From NCBI GenBank assembly GCA_964629685.1, contig CAZVTT010000001.1, positions 244,603 through 308,602 on the forward strand: a stretch of 64,000 nucleotides of DNA, in the 5' to 3' direction. The first letter of the stretch is position 1. Each line of letters starts with the position of its first letter. This document shows positions 1-10,067 of the stretch, piece after piece. The notes under the pieces were generated by a model. That model was not told where the DNA came from, made no database searches, and saw only the letters and a program-made list of their open reading frames with translations. The translations under genes and the position numbers were made by a program. Source of the DNA: an uncultured Gammaproteobacteria bacterium. GTDB lineage: Bacteria; Patescibacteriota; Microgenomatia; UBA10105; UBA927.

Positions 1-277
1 GGCTCTGGAAATGCATGCCGTAATGATTACGTCGCGCCCTGCTCTGCTATATTGGACCATGGGAACGTTAGCAATAATGAAATTAGTACCGCTATGGCGG
101 AAAGGGGGTCTGGAAGTATATTTCACCGTTAATACCGGTCAGGATATTCATCTGCTCTGCCTTCCGGAAAACAGGGATGTGCTGGTAGCGAAGTTGCGGG
201 AATTGCCGTATGTTAAGGATATTATAGTTAATACGCCTTGCCCGGGAACAAAAGTAACGGAGACGCATCTGTTTTAA
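1..277 (+). CDS. mvaD: diphosphomevalonate decarboxylase, C-terminal part (5' end outside window)
   Basis: ALEMHAVMITSRPALLYW...VYFTVNTGQDIHLLC resembles the MvaD C-terminus (MHA..., YFT-DAGPN-like motif); directly upstream of uppS. Confidence 0.75.
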   Translation, partial: ALEMHAVMITSRPALLYWTMGTLAIMKLVPLWRKGGLEVYFTVNTGQDIHLLCLPENRDVLVAKLRELPYVKDIIVNTPCPGTKVTETHLF

Positions 278-279
278 TT

Positions 280-978
280 ATGACTCAGGCACATATTCCA
301 AAGCATGTCGCGATTATTATGGATGGTAACCGCCGTTGGGCAAAAGAACACGGCCTGCCCACGTTGGAAGGTCATCGTCGGGTAGCCGATGATATTTTAG
401 ATCCCCTAATCGAACGGGCTTCGGAAATTGGTATAACGCACATGACATTTTGGGCCTGGTCAACAGAAAACTGGCAACGTGACGCACGGGAAGTGGCGGG
501 AATTATGCGCTTGTTCCAGCATATTGTGCAGCGGCGGTGGGATCGGTTGCATGAGCAGGGCGTGCGTATTAAAACCATCGGTGATATTTCTAAATTTGAT
601 ACGGGTATACGGACATCTTTAGAGCGGCTGATTGAGCAGACGAAAAATAATACTAAAATTACCGTTACGTTTGCGTTAAATTATGGCGGCCGGGATGAAA
701 TCATCCGAAGTATAAATAAATGGCAACAATCAGAGAAATCGCACGAAACGCTTTTAACGGCAGAAAAATTAGGTGAATTTTTAGATACTGCGGGATCACC
801 TGATCCCGATTTAATTATCCGTACCGGCGGGGAAATGCGATTAAGTGGTTTTTTGCTTTGGCAATCAGAATACAGCGAGCTCTATTTCCCTACGTGGTAT
901 ATGCCGGACTTTACGCCGGAACGTTTGGATGAAGCGGTAGAGGAGTATGCTAAGAGGCAGAGACGATTCGGGAAGTAA
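280..978 (+). CDS. uppS: undecaprenyl/polyprenyl diphosphate synthase
   Basis: HVAIIMDGNRRWA, STENWQR, LNYGGRDEI, DPDLIIRTGGEMRLSGFLLWQSEYSEL motifs; ATG at 280. Confidence 0.97.
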   Translation: MTQAHIPKHVAIIMDGNRRWAKEHGLPTLEGHRRVADDILDPLIERASEIGITHMTFWAWSTENWQRDAREVAGIMRLFQHIVQRRWDRLHEQGVRIKTIGDISKFDTGIRTSLERLIEQTKNNTKITVTFALNYGGRDEIIRSINKWQQSEKSHETLLTAEKLGEFLDTAGSPDPDLIIRTGGEMRLSGFLLWQSEYSELYFPTWYMPDFTPERLDEAVEEYAKRQRRFGK

Positions 979-984
979 GGAACG

Positions 985-1368
985 TTATCTTCCTCCGAAA
1001 ACATCCATAATTACCGTCAGATTGAATATTCTACCGATAAGCTGGACTATCCAGAACGCAATAAAAATTACCAGAAAACCGACAATTGCATAGGTAATTT
1101 GTTTCTTCCCGCTATCCAGCTTTTTGCTATCCCCAGCACTGGTAAGCAGTGAAAATCCACCCAGAATAAGCATAACCAGTAAGGCGATACCGGCAAAAGC
1201 GAATATAAACGGAATGGCAGCCCCTAAGACTGCTCCTAATGTTCTGCTGGCTTCAGTCCGGAATGCGAAATTTGAGGGTCCGGTAATGACAACGGTATTA
1301 ATAATGTTTGCGTCACTTTGTCCAGGAAGCGTCAGTGCTTGAGCCAGTTGTTGCATGGTATTATCCAA
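985..1368 (-). CDS. CPR-type pilin-like membrane protein (TrbC/VirB2-like)
   Basis: Two hydrophobic helices joined by GGF-LLTSAGD-KK-GKKQITYAIVG, the typical CPR pilin signature. Confidence 0.75.
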   Translation of the reverse strand: MDNTMQQLAQALTLPGQSDANIINTVVITGPSNFAFRTEASRTLGAVLGAAIPFIFAFAGIALLVMLILGGFSLLTSAGDSKKLDSGKKQITYAIVGFLVIFIAFWIVQLIGRIFNLTVIMDVFGGR

Positions 1369-1753
1369 AACCCGGTAAACCGAGAATATTTACCCCGATT
1401 AATCTCAATATAAAGACTGAGAAAATAATTAGCAATAGTCCCGAAATAGCAGACTGTACCATTTCTCTCCCTGTGTTTAACCGTTCCGGGTTGCCCGAAC
1501 TCATTTGAATTTGGAAGCCCCCCAGTAAAATCATTAGAAATGCTACGCCGCCACCAATTCCGAGGCCGATAGAAAGTATTTTGCTGATAAAAGCGACCGG
1601 GTCCACCGGGATACATCCTAATCCCGTTAATATACCGGCATTATTGTTACAGTACTGAACGCTGTCGTCTGCAGCCAAAACCGTAGCCGGGAACACCAAA
1701 AATGTGCCCCAAATTAGGCTCAGCTTCCCCAGATAGCGAGTTATATGACCCAC
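1361..1753 (-). CDS. CPR-type pilin-like protein
   Basis: Signal peptide, then TGLGCIP, GGFQIQMSSGNPERLNTGREMVQSAISGL. Confidence 0.8.
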   Translation of the reverse strand: MGHITRYLGKLSLIWGTFLVFPATVLAADDSVQYCNNNAGILTGLGCIPVDPVAFISKILSIGLGIGGGVAFLMILLGGFQIQMSSGNPERLNTGREMVQSAISGLLLIIFSVFILRLIGVNILGLPGFG

Positions 1754-1863
1754 AAGGCCGATAGTATATCATTTATCGGCGATGATTTCAAGGGAATGCC
1801 TAAAATCAAAGGAAAAAATGAACTAAACGGGGAGATGAAAATTCAGTAAATATAGACCTATAA

Positions 1864-2958
1864 TTATGAGAATCCCGGTAATCCGAGAATATTTACCCCT
1901 ATGAATCGGAGTATAAATACGGAAAATATTATTAACATTAATCCGGCAATGGCGGAAGTAATCAAATCTCGCCCCTCGCTCATCGCTTCAGGATTTCCCT
2001 GGCTCATGATTACTTTAAATCCGCCCAACAGAATGAGTAAAAACGCAATTCCGCCACCAAGGCCAATTCCGATAGTAAGTATTTGCCGGATAAATGCTGC
2101 CGGGTCCGTAGGGATACACCCTAAGCCTGTTTTAATACCGTTGTTTGCACATTCCACATAAGCGAAGCGTTGTCCGGTTTCTACGGGAGGTGGTGTGGTA
2201 CATGCGCTTTGAACACAACAGATCGTTCCCGCTGTTTCACAACGTAATCCATTGTTATACCCGCACACAGTCGTTCCGTTATTGCACAATGCAGCAGTTG
2301 TACAAGACATTCCAGCCCCAACGCAGGGTGCAATACTTCCTGTTTCTGCCGGACCGTCATCCCAACAAGACCCACCGCGGCATTCAGCGCTGGAAACGCC
2401 GCAAGTCCGTGCACAATCAGCGTTTCCGACACATCCCATGGCAGGATTTGGACCGCATACTTCTGCATGAGGAATACACTGTCCCGGTGATCCTATGTTG
2501 CAATTGAACCCCCCGCTGGGACAGACACAGCTTAACGTGCCGCTACAGCCGCTGCTTTGACCAACTATACAGGGGGCTCCGGGGGTACCCGTCGGATTGG
2601 TCGGAGTAGCCGGAGTGGTGGGAGGGGCAGTCGGTGGATTGGAAGGAACTGTAGGTGTATTTGTATTTACTGCCGTAGGGGTTGCCGGTGCTGCACAGAT
2701 GCTACCCGGATTGGGAGTGGCCACCAATGGATCCCGACAGGCATAGGAACCGTCTCCTTGAGGATAACAACAGCCGCCACCCCTGGTACAAGGCGAATCA
2801 GATTCAAAACCGGGGAGACTACAGTTTAATTGCGAACATCCGGCTCCGGAACACTGTGCAAATATAATGTTGGGGTGTTTTACCAGTGTGAAGAAGAGAA
2901 TGAAGCCGAAAAAAAATAACGAGTTATATATTATTCTTTTGGCGAATGCATATTTCAT
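1864..2958 (-). CDS. pilin-like protein with large Cys-rich and Pro/Thr-rich N-terminal extension
   Basis: Signal peptide, about 30 Cys, P/T linker; C-terminal ~95 aa closely paralogous to 1361-1753. Confidence 0.8.
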   Translation of the reverse strand: MKYAFAKRIIYNSLFFFGFILFFTLVKHPNIIFAQCSGAGCSQLNCSLPGFESDSPCTRGGGCCYPQGDGSYACRDPLVATPNPGSICAAPATPTAVNTNTPTVPSNPPTAPPTTPATPTNPTGTPGAPCIVGQSSGCSGTLSCVCPSGGFNCNIGSPGQCIPHAEVCGPNPAMGCVGNADCARTCGVSSAECRGGSCWDDGPAETGSIAPCVGAGMSCTTAALCNNGTTVCGYNNGLRCETAGTICCVQSACTTPPPVETGQRFAYVECANNGIKTGLGCIPTDPAAFIRQILTIGIGLGGGIAFLLILLGGFKVIMSQGNPEAMSEGRDLITSAIAGLMLIIFSVFILRFIGVNILGLPGFS

Positions 2959-3062
2959 ACAATATATTTACTTTAGCATGTTTAGAGTCGGAGATAAAAA
3001 CGAATCTGTAAGCACAAATCACGTAGTTTTGAAGTGATAGTGTGATACACTGGATATACTCC

Positions 3063-4784
3063 ATGATCCGCTATTTAGTGACGATTATCACCCTCTGTCT
3101 GTTAACGCTTTTCAGCCTCCAGCGAGGAGTCTCTGCACAGGTGTGTGACCCCAGTTGTACGAATGCTATAGAGTGTCGTGACAAAATAGCCAAATGTCAG
3201 GAAGCCTGGAATCAGATGGAAACGGCAAAGCAGCCTCATGTAGACGCGTTAAAAAAAATGGAAGCGGATATCGTCGCATTTCAAAACAGAATTAAATCAA
3301 TCGAAAAAAATGTGGTGCAGAAAGCCGCGGAGATAAAAGAAGGTGAGAAAGAGTTAGCCGGCTTGTTGGGTGTAGCAGAGCGGCGGATCAGACAGTTCTA
3401 TATCCGTAGTTTTACCAATACACCGTTTGTAACATTCTTATCTACAGAAAATATAGGCATGATTTTGCGGACCATGGCCTATCAGAACGCAGTTACGGAG
3501 GAAGATAAACGATCTATAACCCAAACCGCTGTTTCCGTAAAAGGACTAGAGGAAAAAAAGAAAAGTTTAGAGTCGGAACGCTCATCACTGGCGTACCTGA
3601 AAGAAGAAACGGATAAACGGGCTGTATCCGTACGGAAATTAGTGAACGATGCGTCCGCATACCAGTCTAAACTTACGGGTATAATTGCCAGCCTTACTAC
3701 CCAGCAACAGGCAATTCTTTCCGCCAGATCAGGTACATTTACGACAAGCTTAGGAGAAGTCCCGCTTGCGGATGATCCGAACGCTTCCCCGAATTACAAT
3801 CCCGGATTCTCTCCGGCATTTGCCGGGTTCTCTTTCGGTGCGTATACCCATCGGAAGGGGATGAGTCAGTACGGTGCGAAAGGCAGGGCGGAGTCCGGTC
3901 AAAACGTAAATGATATTCTCAAGGCGTACTACGGTAAAACACCTGTCGGCAAAGATACCGGAGGATCAATCTCCGTTACCGGTATCGGCAGTATAAATTT
4001 TGAGGAGCATTATTTATACGGTATTGCGGAAATGCCTGCCAATTTTCCGAAAGAAGCACTCAAAGCCCAGGCTATTGCCGCCAGATCTTATGCCTATAGA
4101 TATAAACAACAGGGAACATCTATTTGTATTACGCAATCGTGTCAGGTGTTTTCACAATCGAAGGCAAATAATCCCCCTGCCGAATGGAAATCCGCGGTAC
4201 AGGAAACGCGTGGGCAGGTATTGGAAGATATTGTGGCCTACTATTCATCCACCACCGGTGGATACAGCACTACGTCCGGATGGGATACTAAATGCGGTAA
4301 TCAGGGATGTTGGACCGGAGATGCGTACGAAAAGATCGCCGGCAGTCCTTGGTTCTATAAAGGATGGTATACCAGCGAATATTATAATAATTCCGCTAAA
4401 TGCGGCCGAAGTCATCCTTGGTTAAATCAGGAAGAGTTTGCCGATATTCTAAACGCCTGGTTGGTGCGGAAACAGGGGAATGACGGGGATGCCAGCAGGG
4501 TACTGCCGGTCACTATCAGCAGTTGTGGAGTAGCCGGGGCATCGGGTAATCCCTATTCCATGAGTGAAATGCGGGACAGGGCAAATGCCTTGGGAGGGGC
4601 ATTTACCAGCGTATCCAGTGTAAAAGTGACATACAATACCGACGGATATACCGATAGTGTTATTTTCCAAACTAACAAAGGGGAAGCCAAAATTAGCGGC
4701 TCAGAATTTAGGGAAGCATTTAACTTACGTGCGCCGGGTTACATCTCTATTCGAAGCCCTTTGTTTAATTTAGAGAAAAAGTAG
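3063..4784 (+). CDS. SpoIID/LytB-domain peptidoglycan lytic protein with N-terminal coiled coil
   Basis: HRKGMSQYGAKGRA...ILKAYY and YLYGIAEMP...EALKAQAIAARSYA...SCQVF SpoIID motifs; signal peptide plus coiled coil. Confidence 0.85.
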   Translation: MIRYLVTIITLCLLTLFSLQRGVSAQVCDPSCTNAIECRDKIAKCQEAWNQMETAKQPHVDALKKMEADIVAFQNRIKSIEKNVVQKAAEIKEGEKELAGLLGVAERRIRQFYIRSFTNTPFVTFLSTENIGMILRTMAYQNAVTEEDKRSITQTAVSVKGLEEKKKSLESERSSLAYLKEETDKRAVSVRKLVNDASAYQSKLTGIIASLTTQQQAILSARSGTFTTSLGEVPLADDPNASPNYNPGFSPAFAGFSFGAYTHRKGMSQYGAKGRAESGQNVNDILKAYYGKTPVGKDTGGSISVTGIGSINFEEHYLYGIAEMPANFPKEALKAQAIAARSYAYRYKQQGTSICITQSCQVFSQSKANNPPAEWKSAVQETRGQVLEDIVAYYSSTTGGYSTTSGWDTKCGNQGCWTGDAYEKIAGSPWFYKGWYTSEYYNNSAKCGRSHPWLNQEEFADILNAWLVRKQGNDGDASRVLPVTISSCGVAGASGNPYSMSEMRDRANALGGAFTSVSSVKVTYNTDGYTDSVIFQTNKGEAKISGSEFREAFNLRAPGYISIRSPLFNLEKK

Positions 4785-4845
4785 TATAATCAGTTAGTTT
4801 ATCGCGTAGTCACAATCCGGCCGGTCATCTGGCAAGAAAACTATT

Positions 4846-5505
4846 ATGCCAACACTCTACCAGTCTAACCAACCAGAAACACCGTCTCCGGCTCATCCCA
4901 ATACTGCAAAAGAGAAGCCGTTTGATCACGAACCTAAGTTTTTTTCCCGACGTGACACCATGCGCATGTTTACCCAACTAGCTGTTAATCCCCAGGGAGT
5001 TCGGTTTGAAACTCAGGAAGCTGAGGAAAAAATAATTCTCTTTATGCGGCAACATTTTATTGTGAATATTCCCTGGATCGTAATTACCGCAATCATGTTT
5101 GTAACGCCAAAACTTATATTTCCGTTTATAAGCCAAATTATTCCCTTTCCGGTTACTATTCCCTGGGGATATGCTATTACCGGTATTTTATTCTGGTATC
5201 TCGCAACCTTTGGGTTTGCTTTGTCTAGTTTTATCAGCTGGTATTTCAATATCTATATTGTTACCAATGAACGTGTTGTGGATATTGATTTTTTATATCT
5301 ACTGTACAAAGAATATTCGGAGGCGGAATTATCTAAAATACAGGACATGACATATAACGCAGGAGGAATACTGGCTACCGTTTTTAATTATGGAAACCTC
5401 TCCATAAAAACAGCGGGAGATAGTGCAAATTTAACGTTCGAGAAAATTCCTTATCCGCAAATGGTGGTGGAAACAATCAGGGAATTACTGGAGGATATAC
5501 CATGA
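4846..5505 (+). CDS. bacterial PH-domain membrane protein
   Basis: Two TM helices then YIVTNERVVDI...KIQD...FNYGNLSIKTAG. Confidence 0.75.
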   Translation: MPTLYQSNQPETPSPAHPNTAKEKPFDHEPKFFSRRDTMRMFTQLAVNPQGVRFETQEAEEKIILFMRQHFIVNIPWIVITAIMFVTPKLIFPFISQIIPFPVTIPWGYAITGILFWYLATFGFALSSFISWYFNIYIVTNERVVDIDFLYLLYKEYSEAELSKIQDMTYNAGGILATVFNYGNLSIKTAGDSANLTFEKIPYPQMVVETIRELLEDIP

Positions 5506-5732
5506 TCCCCACAGTCCCAACAGAGGTATCTACCGCAGTGTTATTGGCAATTAAATTATTTGCTCTATTAGGATTGTTGATTTATGTTGGCTTCGCCGCC
5601 GTAATGGTTCGGCAGGAACAGTTAATGGCAAAAGTACTGGAATCTTCTTCGGAAAAAATGTTACGCATATTAGTGAGCGTTCACCTTCTGTTAGCGTTAA
5701 TTCTTTTTGGATTAGCATTCGTTTTACTCTAA
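5502..5732 (+). CDS. small 2-TM membrane protein (DUF5657-like)
   Basis: Hydrophobic 76 aa ORF overlapping the upstream stop (ATGA); YVGFAAVMVRQEQLM. Confidence 0.6.
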   Translation: MIPTVPTEVSTAVLLAIKLFALLGLLIYVGFAAVMVRQEQLMAKVLESSSEKMLRILVSVHLLLALILFGLAFVLL

Positions 5733-5781
5733 CTCCTTACTGTAGATCGGTTTCTGTTGTCTCGCGTGCTAAGATAAGATT

Positions 5782-7611
5782 ATGAAGATTCTTCCTGCTG
5801 TAGCTTCCGTGGTGACCCGTGCGTCTCCAACCGATTGGGCGCAAGTACTACAAACACCCCAGGCCTATGCGGTAATCCAGACTCTTGATTCTTCCGGACA
5901 GGCATTGCGGACCGGTGTTTCTCTCTTGGGTAGTCTTACCAGATTATTGGAAAAAATGCCGGAATCGGTTCAGGAATTAAAAACGGCGGTTCAGGAAATA
6001 GATGGTGAACATATAGTTTCTTTAACGGTGGTAGTTCCTCGAGGGCAGACACTGGATGTAATCCAGCGTGGTGAAGGAAGTGTCTATCTTAAGCGCGGAA
6101 AGCAACTGGCCTGTTTATTAAGCGCAGAGGGTGTCATATCTGGCGACGTCGCTGAAGGGGATGTGGTGATTTTAGCGGATAAAAATGCATCAGAATTACT
6201 TACGGACGCAGAAATTATTACCGCTGTTGATCACGAGCTTACTGCTGAGGAAATAGGAGAGCGGTTGGCAGTGGTTCTCAACGAAAAATCCGATAATGAA
6301 GGTGCTGCCATGCTGGTGTTTCAGATAAAAGACATAGTAGAGGAAGAACCGGAACAGGAGAGTGTTGCGGAAACGGAAGATACTGACACAATTCCCGAGG
6401 CTGACGATCCGGTTCCCTTGCCTAGTGCGATTTCTCACCCGCTTCCGCAACGCATCAGACATTTTTTGGTACGAATTAAACCTCGCATTGTTAAATTAAT
6501 CCCCGGTTCAAATAAAAAGTTAGCGGTTATTGTGTTTATTTTTGCCGGACTTTTTGGTATTAGTGTGTATTTGGGTATCAAAAAACAGGGAGAAAATGTT
6601 AGTTCAAAAAATGTGGCCGAGGCCGTATCACAGGCTCAGTCTTTATTGGATGAAGGTTTGGGTTTGCTTTCCGTCAATCGTGAGCAGAGTAGAATAAAGT
6701 TAGAAACGGCACAAGCATTACTGCAAAAGTATAAGGACAAACCGCCACTATCTAAAGAAGGAAAACGTGTCCCTCAACTTTACCAGCAAATATCCGATAA
6801 CCTGGAAGTAGCAAAACAAATCATCCGCGGCGAGCCGCAGCTTTTTTACGATCTGGACTTAATAAAAAAAGGCGCATATATCCACAAATTTGCTGTCTCA
6901 GACGATACCTTGGGGATGTTGGATGAAAATCAAAAAACTGTTTTTGTAGTCCGTATTCCCACTAAGGATGGTGATGTGCTGGCCGGTGGAGAGCCCTTTA
7001 CCGCAGCCACTGCGGTAGCTGCGTATGGAAAACAATTTTACGTGCTTACCGGTTCCGGAATTTACGAAATCAGCAGTAAGGGAAAAATTCCGGCCAAGCC
7101 GGTTATAGAGCATGACGAAACATGGGGGACAATCGGCGCTTTGGTGGCGTATGGTGGTAACCTGTACCTGTCCGATTTGCAGAAGAGCAGGATCTGGAAA
7201 TACGTAGCCACAGAAGTGGGATTTGATGTACGGCGGGAATATTTGAATCCCGATACGTTACCCAATTTATCACAGACTACGTCTATGGCCATCGACGGGC
7301 ATGTTTGGTTTGGTACAAAGAATGGCGAAATACTCCGATTTGCACAGGGAAAAGCGGACACATTTTCTCCAATTGGCATAGAACCGCCACTCGGTGAAGT
7401 GATTTCTGTTTATACTACTGACGATTTAGCTAATATTTATATCCTGGATGCTGCGGGGAAGCGGGTAGTTGTATTGCAAAAAGACGGACGGTATACTGCC
7501 CAATACGTTTGGAACGGGGAGATTTCTCCTGAACTGTTCCTGGTTTCCGAACAGTATAAAAAAATATTTTTGGTTGCGCAGGGAAAGTTGTATGCACTTG
7601 ATCTGCGCTAA
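5782..7611 (+). CDS. membrane-anchored protein: degenerate PP2C-like N-domain, TM helix, C-terminal beta-propeller
   Basis: GEGSVYLKRG...GDVVILAD PP2C-like region; central TM; NHL-like repeats (YGGNLYLSD...IWKY, SMAIDGHVW). Confidence 0.6.
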   Translation: MKILPAVASVVTRASPTDWAQVLQTPQAYAVIQTLDSSGQALRTGVSLLGSLTRLLEKMPESVQELKTAVQEIDGEHIVSLTVVVPRGQTLDVIQRGEGSVYLKRGKQLACLLSAEGVISGDVAEGDVVILADKNASELLTDAEIITAVDHELTAEEIGERLAVVLNEKSDNEGAAMLVFQIKDIVEEEPEQESVAETEDTDTIPEADDPVPLPSAISHPLPQRIRHFLVRIKPRIVKLIPGSNKKLAVIVFIFAGLFGISVYLGIKKQGENVSSKNVAEAVSQAQSLLDEGLGLLSVNREQSRIKLETAQALLQKYKDKPPLSKEGKRVPQLYQQISDNLEVAKQIIRGEPQLFYDLDLIKKGAYIHKFAVSDDTLGMLDENQKTVFVVRIPTKDGDVLAGGEPFTAATAVAAYGKQFYVLTGSGIYEISSKGKIPAKPVIEHDETWGTIGALVAYGGNLYLSDLQKSRIWKYVATEVGFDVRREYLNPDTLPNLSQTTSMAIDGHVWFGTKNGEILRFAQGKADTFSPIGIEPPLGEVISVYTTDDLANIYILDAAGKRVVVLQKDGRYTAQYVWNGEISPELFLVSEQYKKIFLVAQGKLYALDLR

Positions 7612-7613
7612 TT

Positions 7614-8057
7614 ATGCGCATTTTCAATCGCAAAGCATCATTCGAATATACAATTCTGGAAAAGGTTGAAGCTGGAGTTCAGCTATTGGGCCCTGAGGTA
7701 AAATCTCTCCGGAATGGTCAGGCTAGTTTAGATGGGTCGTTTGTAAAAATGGTTGGTCTGGAAGCGTTTTTGGTAAATGCTCAAATTCATCCATATTCTT
7801 TCGCCCGTCCTGATGGGTATGATCCCAAACGTACCCGGAAATTGCTGCTGCACAAAAAGCAGATAATTGCCCTTAAATCGAAGCTGGATACCGGTAATTT
7901 GACCTTAATTCCCATTGCCTGGTATAATAATGGCCCCCTATTTAAGCTGGAAATTGGCTTGGCCAAAGGGAAGAAACAGTTTGAAAAACGGGAAGTTAAA
8001 AGACGGAAAGACATGAAACGGGAACTGGAACGGGAATATAGGGGAAAAGTAAAATAA
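7614..8057 (+). CDS. smpB: SsrA-binding protein
   Basis: NRKASFEY, EAGVQLLGPEVKSLR, RTRKLLLHKKQI, GLAKGKKQFEKRE. Confidence 0.97.
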   Translation: MRIFNRKASFEYTILEKVEAGVQLLGPEVKSLRNGQASLDGSFVKMVGLEAFLVNAQIHPYSFARPDGYDPKRTRKLLLHKKQIIALKSKLDTGNLTLIPIAWYNNGPLFKLEIGLAKGKKQFEKREVKRRKDMKRELEREYRGKVK

Positions 8058-8071
8058 CTTTGTTTATTGGG

Positions 8072-8101
8072 GTTTACCCCGAGGAGCGAAGCGACGAGGG
8101 G
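8072..8101 (+). repeat. 30-nt REP-like palindromic repeat, copy 1 (overlaps tmRNA 5' end)
   Basis: GTTTACCCCGAGGAGCGAAGCGACGAGGGG; 27/30 identical to the reverse complement of 10068-10097. Confidence 0.85.
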
Positions 8102-8503
8102 ATGATTGACTCGACGATTGTTGTACGTTAAAAACTGCAAGCCGGCGATGACAAAAGAGCCGCAAAACATTGTCAAATACTATCTGCTGAATTATCAGAC
8201 AGAAAACAGGCACTCCGAGAAGAACTCGCAGCTTTGCGTGACTACTTCGGTATGTCTTCACATATTCCAGCTTTCGCTGCGTAACGTGACATCTAACGGC
8301 TACTTTTTTCTAGCGGGTACTGTTAGGTGGAAAACCAGCTAGGACGACAGGAATCCGATGACCAGCGAATTCCGGTGAAATTTTTTGGTCAACCCTCCGA
8401 TGATTAATGTTGTCCGTTTCGTCCATCGGAGAATAAACGGACTACGCTTGTAGAAGTTTTTGATATATGCATTCGGACCCGGGCTCGAAACCCGGCATCT
8501 CCA
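8098..8503 (+). ncRNA. ssrA: tmRNA (SsrA)
   Basis: 5' GGGGATG pairs with 3' CATCTCC(A) with a G3-U wobble (Ala identity); T-arm CCGGG-CTCGAAA-CCCGG; internal tag frame ending ...PAFAA-stop at 8186-8284; directly downstream of smpB. Confidence 0.92.
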
Positions 8504-8510
8504 CACTTCG

Positions 8511-8540
8511 TCCCGATAATGTCTATCGGGATTCTGTTTT
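8511..8540 (+). terminator. probable intrinsic terminator after tmRNA
   Basis: TCCCGATA-ATGTC-TATCGGGA hairpin followed by TTCTGTTTT. Confidence 0.55.
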
Positions 8541-8607
8541 AGCTTACGGGCACATCGTAATAGAATGTACTGAGATTAAGCCTTTTTAAGCATACAGTGA
8601 TAGCTGT

Positions 8608-9303
8608 ATGCATGTGCTGGATTTTATTTTCCCCAGGCGGTGTCTACGGTGCGGGAAGTTGGGAAGATATTTTTGTCCGTATTGTGTACGTTCACTTTCC
8701 TACATGCACGCAAACGAACTTGTTTGTCCTGTTTGCGAACGGCCTGCTATAGATGGCAAAACTCATCCCCGGTGTGTAACGAAATATTCACCAGATGGTT
8801 TAATCAGTTACTTCCGTTACCGGGGAATAATCCGGACAGCAATCCAAACCATAAAATACCGCTTCGTACGGGATTTGGTTTGGGATCTAACAGCCTTAAT
8901 ATCCGAGGAAATGCTGGAGGCAACCATATACGCATTACCGAAAGATTGTGTACTTGTTTTTATTCCCATTCCGTTACATCCCGTCCGTGAGCGGAATAGG
9001 GGATTTAATCAGGCTTTGTGTGTAGGGAAAATGGTAGCTAACCGGTTACAAATACCTCTGCGGACTGGAATATTACGGCGGGTACGGTATACTGCACCGC
9101 AGGTATCCATGAAAGATAGGATTGCCAGAGAAAAAAATATGCAGACTGTATTTGCACTTAAACCAGGCGTAACGATAATGCCATGCACAGTTTATATTTT
9201 ATTCGATGACGTTTTTACAACGGGCGCGACTATGAGGTCTGCTGCCTCATGTCTGAAACGTGCAGGCGCACAATATGTCTGGGGGATTACTTTGGCTCGA
9301 TAA
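8608..9303 (+). CDS. comF: ComF family double zinc ribbon / phosphoribosyltransferase-like protein
   Basis: FPRRCLRC...CPYC...CPVC; PIPLH...RGFNQA; DDVFTTGATM. Confidence 0.92.
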   Translation: MHVLDFIFPRRCLRCGKLGRYFCPYCVRSLSYMHANELVCPVCERPAIDGKTHPRCVTKYSPDGLISYFRYRGIIRTAIQTIKYRFVRDLVWDLTALISEEMLEATIYALPKDCVLVFIPIPLHPVRERNRGFNQALCVGKMVANRLQIPLRTGILRRVRYTAPQVSMKDRIAREKNMQTVFALKPGVTIMPCTVYILFDDVFTTGATMRSAASCLKRAGAQYVWGITLAR

Positions 9304-9304
9304 T

Positions 9305-9943
9305 ATGCAGAATAAAACCATAGTGTTAGTAGCAAATGGGAGTTTGGATGATGTGCTTTGTACGTATATACCGGCAAATGCGATAGTAGTCGGGGTAGAT
9401 AAAGGGGCAATATGGTTATTGAAACATGGGTTTATCCCTCATATTGCGATAGGTGATTTTGATTCAGTTACGAATCAGGAACTGGAAATAATAAAAAAGA
9501 ACATTTCTGAAATTGAAACGTACCCCCGGCAAAAAGACGCCACGGATATGGAGTTAGCATTCCGTTGGGCGCTTCGCAAAAAACCGGAAGAGATTCGCAT
9601 ATTGGGTGGCATAGGGAGCAGGCTGGATCATAGCTTAGCTACGGTTCAATTGTTGGAGCGCAATCGTAAAAATTCCGTGCGTATCGTCGTATTTGATACA
9701 CACAACCGCATGGAATTAGTGCGCGGGCAACTTCAAATTGAGAAAACTAAAGAATACGCATACTATTCCATTATTCCTGCAACACGGTTTGCCGTAGTAA
9801 GCTTAAAGGGGTTTGCATATCCGTTAACTAAGGGCGTAATACGGCGGGGTTCAACCCTGGGTGTAAGTAATGAGTTGGTAGATGTAAAAGGAACAATTAT
9901 CGTACATGAGGGTAGAGTATGGTTGATAGGAAGCCGTGATTGA
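9305..9943 (+). CDS. thiN: thiamine diphosphokinase
   Basis: VANG, GVDKGA, IGDFDSV, KDATDMELA, GGIGSRLDH, LGVSNE. Confidence 0.93.
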   Translation: MQNKTIVLVANGSLDDVLCTYIPANAIVVGVDKGAIWLLKHGFIPHIAIGDFDSVTNQELEIIKKNISEIETYPRQKDATDMELAFRWALRKKPEEIRILGGIGSRLDHSLATVQLLERNRKNSVRIVVFDTHNRMELVRGQLQIEKTKEYAYYSIIPATRFAVVSLKGFAYPLTKGVIRRGSTLGVSNELVDVKGTIIVHEGRVWLIGSRD

Positions 9944-9981
9944 TAGTCGAAGCGGGTTAAAACTGGTATAATTGTATGCCT

Positions 9982-10067
9982 GGAGAGTTGGCTGAGTGGT
10001 CAAAAGCGAGGGTTTGCTAAACCCTTGAGCCGAAAGGCTCGCACAGGTTCGAATCCTGTACTCTCCG
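9982..10067 (+). tRNA. tRNA-Ser(GCT)
   Basis: Acceptor GGAGAGT/ACTCTCC, anticodon arm AGGGT-TTGCTAA-ACCCT, long variable arm, GTTCGAATC; CCA not encoded. Confidence 0.96.

Noticed and set aside
8064-8342. ORFs 8064-8261, 8106-8342 and 7787-8176
   Set aside because: They overlap tmRNA and smpB; only the tag frame is credible.
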